This document shows positions 57,501 through 64,000 of a stretch of DNA of 64,000 nucleotides, piece by piece. Where the stretch lies: IMG/VR virus record IMGVR_UViG_3300021431_000012, positions 1 through 64,000 of that record. One strand, given 5' to 3'. How positions within the stretch are numbered: position 1 is the first letter of the stretch; every line of letters begins with the position of its first letter. A program made the position numbers and the translations under genes. The notes below the pieces were generated by a model. It was given only the letters and a program-made list of their open reading frames with translations. It made no database searches and was not told the origin of the DNA. Source of the stretch: a virus. Taxonomy: Duplodnaviria; Caudoviricetes.

Positions 57501-58607
57501 CGTCCGTATATTGACGATGGTTCTGGCTATGAACAATCACAAGCACGAATTTGGATAACGTCAACGACGGCGCAAAATTACACATTCAATTTTGTTGCTG
57601 AAAGAACTGGTACATTACTATTCTATCATTATGGCAATGGCACAACATATTCCATAAGAACATATAATAGTTCGGAATACAACAAGGTTACTCCGTCATT
57701 TATGAATGCCGATGAAAGAATATTGCTTGATGCACCAAGAGAAATTAACACAACAACACACACAAGGATTGTTGAAACATCCGTGACTGTTGTTAGTGGT
57801 CTCACGTATAGAATTACGGTAAAAGGATATGCAAATAGTGGAACTTTGCGCGTTAGACCATATTTTAAAAATAGTGGTTCTGCCGCATCTTCTAGTTACT
57901 TGTCAATATCATATAGAACATCAACCACAATCACATACACGTTTACACCAACGTCAAGTGGTGATATAACAATAGATGGCTATATGGCTACATCTGGAAC
58001 GTCGGGGTATGTGGAATATATGTCAATAAAAGCAACCAATCCTTTCATTCCTCGTGTCGCTATTGATTGGCGTAGTGGTTATGCCCACTTCGGCGGTGAC
58101 AATATTCGCTTTAACCCAGACGGCAGCGGTTTCCTTGCAAACAAGAATATTACTTGGGACGAAAACGGCAATTGTATCTTTAGCGGACTGCAAATGAAAC
58201 GAAAGACGGTTGTTAATTCAAGTAATTATCTAAATTATTTAAAGCCAGATGATACATGGGGTTATTCGGAATATGTTTTTGACTTTGAAAAAGCATCAAC
58301 TTGGATGGAAATAGAGTCTTTGCCAAGCAACTTTTCTGGCATTTTAATGCCTATTAGCGGTGATTTTGTCCGTTCACTAGTTGGACAGTCTATATTATTA
58401 TACAACAAGTCTAGCGTTACGATTCCAATCACTGGGAGAACATTTTGGGAAAATGGGAAAACAACAATCCCCGTAACAAACCCTAGCTTTAATAGCACGA
58501 CAATAGCGCCTAATTGCTTTGTGAGATTTGAATGTAAAATTACTATTGACGGGAATGACAATGAATTACTTTATTGGAGTTGTGTAAAAGGAAACATATC
58601 TTCGTAA
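51495..58607 (+). CDS. Giant tail tip / central fibre protein (2370 aa)
   Basis: N-terminal baseplate-hub-like region, coiled coil, many Ig-like beta repeats, C-terminal carbohydrate-binding-like repeats. Confidence 0.8.
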   Translation: METSSFGLNQNFQIYKDVDGVQTPFHNLVLRKSVVDSVVMSLGDKITGDVYYINNHLDVSMQEYVVYNGIKYSLVNPPTIVKEGIVSDNSELRGMTKYSFEFYHPMYMLSSIPFTDVAVSNDEARYLSENRNFSWMGSLVDYVAKLNKNLENTEWVVAISDDSGVQAKRFVLSDVLSFDNNFISDALKTAYDTWEVPFVIDKTDAYGNNKKFLILFGLPSNEIYETDSHGDPTETPFVFHYGKGVGLKNNSRTPKNNKIVTRIVGYGSENNIPYGYPQIIWQGDQSWEYTLNNTPGVQEISIGGELVSATSYPIYDGIVGGRHVRLIKHPFQRNHLMPSVYTDRVNKKVNPFAANFNPNIELVDYYDADGTYPNEINPLAPSCEIHEFEKIKPELGTAKIISVAPYDEAAEKYISYSTFEQYINAIIDGDNTPQREHDVLTTLLDEINHGTETYHDSFNGGTYGYELDMTSDETYYYIKYVSSNSNFEYIVLKDAHAVPPVVWDDTMDDDGNYKQSYFKLTLPRLDFDIYACASITEEMSIAMRSGACIGCTFQVQVDWEDYKKNFFNVDGVFDPIPHTTDDDGHVRDINKYPNSENGSITLIVQKDNNTFGILMPNTYQYPKADDDFVILGISLPTSYITNAEERLDEAMREYMLENNVYYYDYPLKFDEHFLATHLGILRQMRNNTIVRFQFGNEPPMALYIKQLTVKFGESVLPQYDITLTDDVEIVLNQIGQVTEDVSRLRVQLAEIQKYYLGDYVDAMNGKLSRIVDDVALGRITFQQGLNSIGNIILHSEIKSNGFVSGMDGTGRGWRIDQLGNGELESLRVRSYLEVVELLINRLQAQEGDTLFTDNDQIEYVKEKVVNDVTYYILTLKEKWEGYFTSQQEGNIVKGIINTLAANYGNVSDITEAQCVEADGQNKYYTSWMRVVNPSLAEETVGRNQIVVVLYGDSDVPAQRNFPPCELMTIARFGCEDAPDGATDAQKASVERRQRLFSISVSDGRISKLTGVNKPILEEWNYGTTLGVIPDFINNWAIKERLIEGRDYLYAQGVIVGDFIKVDINGAPLVNYVDVGEWVDGQEYLHNEYNPVNLQWETHDVWHNQAKWRCEQHQPVKSGSTLRYYEPQDNSPYWTKLLSSGEGSPVPYYHDQFYSWSAYASTNSQTTPPSDAVWSRSIPTATSGKPYLWLKDQLMTWNDSTKEYDAGAIYYTRITGEDGTGIAVKGSVVAVVGNVSSLPSTANNGDLAIVTSSPYIYIYQNGQWQERGDIADVGDCYVYDGDGHLWVWNGSSWQDVGVFRGEPGVSSYIHIAWANELDLTDQQTGKKYPSTFVVTKEPNEEFRYMGVYVDDNAGADSSDGTKYDWSEVKGSDAPYVTSSQSILLFDTNNDGVATSTSSQQCTIKLFVGGSQVDVTNVTIQKPIYSTATYVIDNGAVVLTISVNISTPESAFGGLYGITVKGTKDGKEYTAYASITVAANKAGAGAIFLDLDNENDSMLYGSSDDETPVSGNVISQGYMYDNGNDVTSQVSQWSIVESYGCTYSTSIQNGKMTITGMTATSGYAVLEATYLGVKYRAKLTLKKLVGVDKYEIIVNPNALGYSTDTISTPQQIQIQVYKTTITGERQRITAAIPADYGLYYYQGNSTSGTRITSYSSSGDYWYFVATDVSSLTQYRVALLDENNEILDSETIPITKVSKGADGDAAVAYQLLPTATALNFSRGNDGETFVPSSLNISCGYMKIVGEEIKDKDDGTNVQGTGLTIDGYNLYFRRLNQNGVPIASSYTTEGWDWTGGTGTTAYFIKHNGVIEVDAYSSQSAIEFCLSSNTPNATTSDDIIAILTVPITRSGEKGSIGKMGKNFYYAGEWNESDGGSFEVTDYETPYFMYNNKYWVWVGDNGTYSINSTNRPSSSNSDWELMVTDFKYLITEAMFTKFAKLGAGIFNEDWMFSSHGNALVTIALTASTSSSESWARISGQTAIQVKQGATYSFVINCKTTASGNTYSIRPYIDDGSGYEQSQARIWITSTTAQNYTFNFVAERTGTLLFYHYGNGTTYSIRTYNSSEYNKVTPSFMNADERILLDAPREINTTTHTRIVETSVTVVSGLTYRITVKGYANSGTLRVRPYFKNSGSAASSSYLSISYRTSTTITYTFTPTSSGDITIDGYMATSGTSGYVEYMSIKATNPFIPRVAIDWRSGYAHFGGDNIRFNPDGSGFLANKNITWDENGNCIFSGLQMKRKTVVNSSNYLNYLKPDDTWGYSEYVFDFEKASTWMEIESLPSNFSGILMPISGDFVRSLVGQSILLYNKSSVTIPITGRTFWENGKTTIPVTNPSFNSTTIAPNCFVRFECKITIDGNDNELLYWSCVKGNISS

Positions 58608-58745
58608 TAGCGCACAAAGAAAACTTTCTGTTCTTGTACTATATCTATATTGTTGAAGGTGTTAGATTTTGGTCTAGCACCTTTTTTGCTTTTTGACACT
58701 TATGGACACAAAGTAGTCCAAGCATGCTATAATGTGTTTTTGGCT

Positions 58746-58753
58746 TACATTTG
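58746..58753 (+). promoter_or_regulatory. -7 promoter element for the Gly-rich/CCC operon
   Basis: TACATTTG, 55 nt before the ATG at 58808. Confidence 0.5.
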
Positions 58754-58807
58754 CAAAAGTAACGCGTTATGTAGTCAAAATTTAAATCATTTAAAACAAA
58801 AAACATT

Positions 58808-59776
58808 ATGGCAGAAATTTATCAACTTCCCGAAAATGGGAACAATGGTAATGCAACCATTCCTTTCTCTATTCCTATTGGCTTTGGTGGCTATGGAAAT
58901 GGTGGCATGTTTGGCAATGGTAATGGCTTTAACTCCATCGCCGACCTCTTTGGTCTTGCAATCATCGCATCCATGTTTGGATGGGGTGGTAATGGCTTTG
59001 GTGGTCTTGGCGGTGGATGGGGCGGCAATGGCGGCGCAGGTTTCATCAGTAATCAGCTCAACAACGATTCTGGCCGCGAGTTGCTCATGAATGCTATCAC
59101 CAACCAAGGCGAAGCATCGCGCACGGCAATTCAAACTCTTTCCACAATGCTTGGTCAGGACTTTAACCTTGTGAACGCAGGTATTCAGTCGGCTCAGAAC
59201 ACGCTCAACCAAATTGCGAACACACAGGGCATGTCAACCTTGCAACTGATTAACGCCGTCCAGGCTGGCGATGCCAACCTTGCTAGCACCATTCAAAAGT
59301 GTTGCTGTGAGCAACAGCTTGCCACATGTCAGCAGACAAATGCTTTGCAAAATAGCATCAATGGCGTAGGTCAGCAAGTTGCCGCAAAAGCAGCAGCAGA
59401 CCAGCTTTCGATGTGCCAGCAGACGTATGCGCTTACCGACACCATGAACCGTAACTATCTTGCTCTTGACAACAAGATTGATGCTCTTGAGTCTAGTCGC
59501 AAAGACCGTGAAATCACTAGCCTTACGGCGCAGGTTGCCAAACTTGAATCGCAGAATTTTACTGCAGGCATCGTTCAGCAAGCCGTTGCTCCACTCAACG
59601 CATCACTTAACTCGCTTGCCCGCGAGGTTGATGACATTAAGTGCAAGCTCCCCGAAACCGTAAACGTGCAATACCCCAATCTTGTTGCCATAAACGCCAC
59701 TCCGTATGTTAGTGGTGGTTTCTACCCCAATGGGTATTACGGCAACGGCTTCGGTGGCAATAACTTTGTGTTCTAA
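58808..59776 (+). CDS. Gly-rich membrane-anchored coiled-coil protein with CCCE motif (322 aa)
   Basis: G/F/N-rich termini, hydrophobic segment IADLFGLAIIASMFGW, heptads, C165-C167. Confidence 0.8.
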   Translation: MAEIYQLPENGNNGNATIPFSIPIGFGGYGNGGMFGNGNGFNSIADLFGLAIIASMFGWGGNGFGGLGGGWGGNGGAGFISNQLNNDSGRELLMNAITNQGEASRTAIQTLSTMLGQDFNLVNAGIQSAQNTLNQIANTQGMSTLQLINAVQAGDANLASTIQKCCCEQQLATCQQTNALQNSINGVGQQVAAKAAADQLSMCQQTYALTDTMNRNYLALDNKIDALESSRKDREITSLTAQVAKLESQNFTAGIVQQAVAPLNASLNSLAREVDDIKCKLPETVNVQYPNLVAINATPYVSGGFYPNGYYGNGFGGNNFVF

Positions 59777-59800
59777 ATTTATGGCATAGGAGGTAAAAGC

Positions 59801-60145
59801 ATGAGTTGTAATTGTAATAACTGCAATATAACAATTAACGCAGGTGGTGAGCCGTATATTGCGAATACACAAGTTGTCGTAGGAACTGACACCGTGAACA
59901 TTGCACTTGGTTGGAGGCGTATTCAGCCGATAGGCAAATTCATTGTACGCATGGAGAATCCTATTCCGTCTGATGCAACAACTACATCTCCAATAACACT
60001 TACATTGAATGGTGTTACACGTCCACTAACCCTTCCAAACGGTACGGCAGTGACTGTGGCGGATATTCTAAACGTGAGTGTTTTCGAGGTTCTGAATGAC
60101 AAGTTCAACGGAATCTTGGCTCTTATGTCAAGAACTATTGTGTAA
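59801..60145 (+). CDS. Beta-rich protein with N-terminal CNCNNC (114 aa)
   Basis: ORF track; second gene of the operon. Confidence 0.75.
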   Translation: MSCNCNNCNITINAGGEPYIANTQVVVGTDTVNIALGWRRIQPIGKFIVRMENPIPSDATTTSPITLTLNGVTRPLTLPNGTAVTVADILNVSVFEVLNDKFNGILALMSRTIV

Positions 60146-60177
60146 AACTAGTGATTAACAATTAAAACAAAACAAAA

Positions 60178-60690
60178 ATGGACTTTCAAAGTTTAGGTAA
60201 CGGCAATCCGTTTTATGTTCTCAAAAAAGGAGAAAAGCCAATCCTTGAGGTTGGTGTGGTGAAATCAAAGTCGCAACCACGCGCGAAGTTTCCGACGCAA
60301 ACGCCAAACATCATGGCTGGCGTTCAAATGCAGCAGGTTGTTGACGTAGTAGTAACAATCAATGGTCGCGATGAAACATTTAGCGAAATACCTATCAATG
60401 TAGAAATCGCAGCCCGTGGAAATGACACGTTTAGCGGTAGTCGTGAAGCTATGTTGCAAGCCGTAGATGCTATGTTACAAACATCTAAAAAAGCACTTGA
60501 CCAAATCCCTTACCACAAGGCGGTAATCTCCGAAAGCGAGAAAATGCTTGAAGTGCTTAATCCACGTTATGCCGAGGAAAAGAAACAAGCAAGGACTATC
60601 AAAGCATTAGAGGAAAGGCAAACCGCTACCGATGCAAAGTTGGATAGCATTCTTTCTATCTTGCAAAAACTTGATTCACCGTCTGCTTAG
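60178..60690 (+). CDS. Hypothetical protein with C-terminal coiled coil (170 aa)
   Basis: ORF track. Confidence 0.8.
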   Translation: MDFQSLGNGNPFYVLKKGEKPILEVGVVKSKSQPRAKFPTQTPNIMAGVQMQQVVDVVVTINGRDETFSEIPINVEIAARGNDTFSGSREAMLQAVDAMLQTSKKALDQIPYHKAVISESEKMLEVLNPRYAEEKKQARTIKALEERQTATDAKLDSILSILQKLDSPSA

Positions 60691-60727
60691 TCTTTTGAAA
60701 GTCCAATCTAAAAAAACATCAAGAACT

Positions 60728-60970
60728 ATGGCATGGATTTTTGTTGACAAGGAAGATGGTGGCTCACAGGAGAAGATGCGCCAGCAGATGCGTCGTTCAA
60801 TGCGTAGCGGTGGTTATCGCTCTTATGGCGGAACTAGTGGCGGTAGTGGAAGCTATCGTGATGGTTATCGCCAAGGCTATAAGCACGGATGGGATGACAA
60901 GGAGATGGAAATGGAAGATGATGACATGGAATATCGCCGTCAGCGTGATAGCCGTGGTCGTTATATGTAA
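60728..60970 (+). CDS. Low-complexity R/G/Y/S-rich protein (80 aa)
   Basis: Start MAWIFVD; RSGGYRSYGG..., GYRQGYKHGW and terminal RQRDSRGRYM. Confidence 0.75.
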   Translation: MAWIFVDKEDGGSQEKMRQQMRRSMRSGGYRSYGGTSGGSGSYRDGYRQGYKHGWDDKEMEMEDDDMEYRRQRDSRGRYM

Positions 60971-60987
60971 TCTATCTTATTCAAATG

Positions 60988-61015
60988 GGGTGGGGTTCTT
61001 GCCCTACCCTTTTTT
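60988..61015 (+). terminator. Intrinsic terminator inside the operon
   Basis: GGGTGGGGT-TCTT-GCCCTACCC followed by a T-run. Confidence 0.75.
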
Positions 61016-61042
61016 ATTTATCAATTAACAAAAAAAAAGAAA

Positions 61043-61459
61043 ATGGGAAATACATTATCTAACTATTGCATACCAGAGGACATGGAGCAATATTTATCTT
61101 TCTATGGTTGGCATTTCAACAAGAACTTGTGTAAGTTTGCAACCGATATGATGAAAAGGGAAGATAATGCGTCTGGAATGCTCAAGAAAATTACTCCAAT
61201 GAAAATGGAGGAATTGAAAGAATTGCTAGAAAAGCATAAAATAGAACTAGAACCGAATGATTGGTATGATGCACTTTATCTAGCAAACATGGTAAAGGCT
61301 GACTATTGGGGAAGTAGCATTGAAGACGAGGAACACATGGCGCGTTACATTGAAGATGTTATTTGCGATGTAGACGGCTATGAGGGAATCGTGTTTTCGC
61401 GCTTTCTTGCCGATTGTACTTGTAAAGGCGTTGTAATATTTTGGGACATGATGATTTAG
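61043..61459 (+). CDS. Helical hypothetical protein (138 aa)
   Basis: YLSFYGWHFNK...YDALYLANMVKADYWGSSI...FSRFLADC. Confidence 0.8.
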   Translation: MGNTLSNYCIPEDMEQYLSFYGWHFNKNLCKFATDMMKREDNASGMLKKITPMKMEELKELLEKHKIELEPNDWYDALYLANMVKADYWGSSIEDEEHMARYIEDVICDVDGYEGIVFSRFLADCTCKGVVIFWDMMI

Positions 61460-61463
61460 GCTT

Positions 61464-61850
61464 ATGATTACAAAGTATTTAGAGGTCGGTGACGGTGATT
61501 GGGGAATCTTGTTGAACTACAATTTCGACGAAACGGATTACGAAGACATTTATGCCGCATTATATTCTTTTGGCATGAATGACAAGAATATTCGCAAGTC
61601 CCTTAACATTCTTTCCGCGCCGAACACTGGTATGACGATTTCCAATGATGCTTTGCGCATGACAAACATATATATTGGAAAGCAAACGTCGGTAGGTGAA
61701 TTTTGGAGCACCATAAACCACGAACTATATCATGCCACAACCGCGATTATTGATTACTATGGTGAACCATACGACCAAGAGCCAGCGGCATACCTACAAG
61801 GCGAATTAATGCGGCTAGTGGTAGAGGAAATTGGCGAGCCATGCTATTAA
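61464..61850 (+). CDS. Minimal zincin-type (HExxH) metalloprotein
   Basis: HELYH (residues 86-90) plus a downstream Glu in DQEPAAYLQG (E106). Confidence 0.65.
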   Translation: MITKYLEVGDGDWGILLNYNFDETDYEDIYAALYSFGMNDKNIRKSLNILSAPNTGMTISNDALRMTNIYIGKQTSVGEFWSTINHELYHATTAIIDYYGEPYDQEPAAYLQGELMRLVVEEIGEPCY

Positions 61851-61903
61851 ATTCCTTTCTAAGCGACTTTTATAATCAAAGGTGGGTGGTTATAGGGAAA
61901 GGC

Positions 61904-61952
61904 AAAGGAAAGCCGTTAGACGCAAAATAAACGCGGTCTACGGCTTTCCTTT
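61904..61952. terminator. Bidirectional terminator
   Basis: AAAGGAAAGCCG...CGGCTTTCCTTT long stem between convergent units. Confidence 0.75.
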
Positions 61953-61961
61953 TATGTGTTA

Positions 61962-62183
61962 TTATAATTTTAAAGGCTTGTGACTATACACAAATCGCCA
62001 TAATGCTCTCATTTCACTCATCAAATGTGGCGTGCCAAAAGTCGAACATGGCATCGGGTAGTTAATCTTTTTGCCATTTTTTGCCATAATAAACAAAGCC
62101 ATAATAAATGCTTCATATGTATCTATCTTGCTTTGCATGTGCGCAATTTCTCTAACAATGTTGTTGTCTAAATCTTTTTCCAT
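61962..62183 (-). CDS. Hypothetical protein (73 aa)
   Basis: ORF track. Confidence 0.6.
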   Translation of the reverse strand: MEKDLDNNIVREIAHMQSKIDTYEAFIMALFIMAKNGKKINYPMPCSTFGTPHLMSEMRALWRFVYSHKPLKL

Positions 62184-62188
62184 AATTG

Positions 62189-62809
62189 TTATAGTTTAAC
62201 TGGTTGTGGGTAAAATCTTTCTTGTACTTCATCCCAAATAAACTTACAACCGCAGAATGGGCAAATACTACTAACTCCCCTTGCGACATCTATTTCATGA
62301 TTACAAGATGGACACATTGCCGTAAATGGTGGATAAACATTGATAAAATGCTTTTGAAAACCGTCACCGCCCTCTAATGCGCCTTGTGATGCAAGTTCAC
62401 GAATAAGCGCAGTAATATCACGCACGCTTGCTTCTTCAAGGTTTTCACTTCTTGATGCAAGCAAGTTGGAAAGCATCTGAACAATTTCTTCTGCAGAAAA
62501 CTTGTAGTTTTTAAGGTTTGTTGCCCGCTTTTGGATTTCTGCGCGAAATTGTTCCTCGATAAGTTCTTTGAGTTGTTGGCATTCTTGTGATTGAATGGCA
62601 AGTTCCGCATCTTTCTTTATTTTTGATAGATATGCTGCCTCATCCTCCGTTCCAATAACTCTTTTGAATTCTTTCGTGTCAAAAATCATTGCGTAGGCAA
62701 CTTCTATATCCTCGCCTAATGCCGTTTGTAACACGAAAAGGTATTGTTTTTCCGTGAACGTGATACTTCTTGTGTGTAGTCTTTCTACATTGTCAATATA
62801 ACTAAGCAT
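62189..62809 (-). CDS. Putative terminase small subunit with C-terminal Zn ribbon
   Basis: FTEKQYLF...AYAMIF HTH-like N-terminus; EEIVQMLSNL...DITALIREL oligomerisation-like helices; CPSC...CPFCG. Confidence 0.5.
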   Translation of the reverse strand: MLSYIDNVERLHTRSITFTEKQYLFVLQTALGEDIEVAYAMIFDTKEFKRVIGTEDEAAYLSKIKKDAELAIQSQECQQLKELIEEQFRAEIQKRATNLKNYKFSAEEIVQMLSNLLASRSENLEEASVRDITALIRELASQGALEGGDGFQKHFINVYPPFTAMCPSCNHEIDVARGVSSICPFCGCKFIWDEVQERFYPQPVKL

Positions 62810-62814
62810 AAATC

Positions 62815-63216
62815 TTAAAATAATTCTGGTTGTTTACTATTTTTTGTTTCCACACCGCCAACTTCGACCAACGTGAATTCAATGCGAGGATTATTCTTGT
62901 CAATAAATTTATTGGCAACAATCTTTACGCAGTTTCGGTCATTCTTTATTGCGTTGCACGTTTGTAGACAGTCAAGCAAGCATTTTAATGAGTTGTCAAG
63001 GTCTGGTTGGTTGGAATGAAAATACACGTCAACATAAAGTTCAAAAAAGCCATTAATATTCTTGTTGCGATACGCTCCGCATTGAAGATAGAACTTTTCT
63101 TCGTATTCTTTTAATGCTTTCGTTTTCGCCAAGCTACCGTGCCCCTTAATAGTGATAATTTTATATTGGTTGGCTTTAGACGGCGCGTTACCCAAAATAA
63201 CTTGTTCGTGTTTCAT
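62815..63216 (-). CDS. rusA: RusA-family Holliday junction resolvase
   Basis: PSKAN, PDLDNSLKCLLDCL, IKNDRNC and NPRIE motifs. Confidence 0.85.
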   Translation of the reverse strand: MKHEQVILGNAPSKANQYKIITIKGHGSLAKTKALKEYEEKFYLQCGAYRNKNINGFFELYVDVYFHSNQPDLDNSLKCLLDCLQTCNAIKNDRNCVKIVANKFIDKNNPRIEFTLVEVGGVETKNSKQPELF

Positions 63217-63249
63217 ATCTACTTAACTACATAATAATTACTCTGAGAG

Positions 63250-63897
63250 TTATAGGGTGAAGAGTGAAGAGTGAAGAGTTTGCTGCCGCACCAGTTTGAA
63301 GGTGTAGGCGAACACCCACGGGTTGCTCTTCCATGTACCTGTGCCGCTCACCTTGTCGATGAGATAGGCAAACGCATATCGGGCAGAGCAGCGGTATATC
63401 AGATTATCGCTATCCCATTTGTATGGTTTAACGTATGGCGGCCACGGTGCAAACATATCCATCTCGTGATGAAGTGGTGGCTTGTCGTACTTGAACACAC
63501 CTTCGCGCATAGCATCCTCTTCGCTGATGTCTTGCAATCGTTCCAACTTGATGTTGGTGATGCGGATGCGGTAGGGCATGTATTCAGCCTTAACGAACAT
63601 CTTATTGCTCCATCCCTTCGAGTGGGTTATCGCTTTCCAGTCGATGCCTGGAAGTGCAGGCCACCGAAGTGTTTGGTATGCTTGTGCGATTGCTACGATT
63701 TCACCTTCTTCGTAGCCAGGTTTCACTTCCACGGAATCCCCGTCGCTTGTGTCAGCAATGAAATGCCAACCACCATTTGCATGATACGCCTTGATGTCTT
63801 CAAAATTCCCTTTGATGATGCGCCGCGTCGTCTTCTTCTTTTCCTCTAATACGGCTTGCATCAGCCCGTAGCGGTCGTTAAACATTATCTTCTTCAT
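63250..63897 (-). CDS. ASCH/PUA-like phage protein (215 aa)
   Basis: IMFN...AVLE.KK.TTRR, WSNKMFV, ERLQDISEEDAMREG and WKSNPWVFAYTF pattern. Confidence 0.6.
   Translation of the reverse strand: MKKIMFNDRYGLMQAVLEEKKKTTRRIIKGNFEDIKAYHANGGWHFIADTSDGDSVEVKPGYEEGEIVAIAQAYQTLRWPALPGIDWKAITHSKGWSNKMFVKAEYMPYRIRITNIKLERLQDISEEDAMREGVFKYDKPPLHHEMDMFAPWPPYVKPYKWDSDNLIYRCSARYAFAYLIDKVSGTGTWKSNPWVFAYTFKLVRQQTLHSSLFTL
63257..63277. repeat. Tandem 3 x GTGAAGA
   Basis: Read directly from the sequence. Confidence 0.9.
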
Positions 63898-63909
63898 AGT
63901 TCCTTGATA

Positions 63910-63942
63910 AATTCGTGTATAATTCGTGTATAATTCGTGTAT
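63910..63942. repeat. Tandem 3 x AATTCGTGTAT
   Basis: Read directly from the sequence. Confidence 0.9.
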
Positions 63943-64000
63943 AAAATAAATGCAGAGCTGTAGCCTATTATTAGTTACTTTTTTAAAATTTCCACCTCAA

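Noticed and set aside
51495-58607. Diversity-generating retroelement acting on the tail protein
   Set aside because: No reverse transcriptase and no TR/VR pair differing at adenines seen in the window.
63271-63849. 192-aa plus-strand ORF
   Set aside because: Antisense shadow of the ASCH-like gene; no recognisable features.

Overview
The whole window is a tailed dsDNA (siphovirus-like) phage or prophage of a Bacteroidales host. The host call rests on repeated TAnnTTTG (-7) promoters with TTTG (-33) elements and AT-rich translation starts without Shine-Dalgarno motifs. Layout: (i) 158-22958, leftward early/middle genes (DUF3574-like protein, MoxR-type AAA + vWA-like pair, ArdA, small serine recombinase, many small ORFs, SSB/YqaJ-exonuclease/RecT, MazG-like protein, N4-C/N6-A methyltransferase, PAPS-reductase-like protein); (ii) 22960-25290, a 2.3-kb non-coding control region with three perfect parS palindromes, four 25-bp palindromes, an AT-rich tract, divergent promoters and a long structured leader; (iii) 26268-40432, leftward head-tail module (scaffold, decoration, capsid, neck, tail tube, frameshifted chaperone, tape measure); (iv) 40636-58607, rightward terminase, portal, lysis genes, modular fibres, esterase, spanin-like protein and a 2370-aa tail protein; (v) 58808-61850, a self-contained six-gene Gly-rich/CCC operon ending in a HExxH protein; (vi) 61962-63897, leftward TerS-like, RusA and ASCH-like genes. 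No DNA polymerase, helicase, primase, tyrosine integrase, repressor, ParA/ParB, reverse transcriptase, CRISPR array or complete tRNA was recognised, so the genome probably extends beyond the window. The strongest leads are host-type parS sites without parAB, a tRNA-Ala/tmRNA-like RNA with a G3-U70 acceptor stem, the Gly-rich/CCC operon, and an apparently circularly permuted SGNH esterase. All product calls come from reading motifs by eye; no database searches were run.
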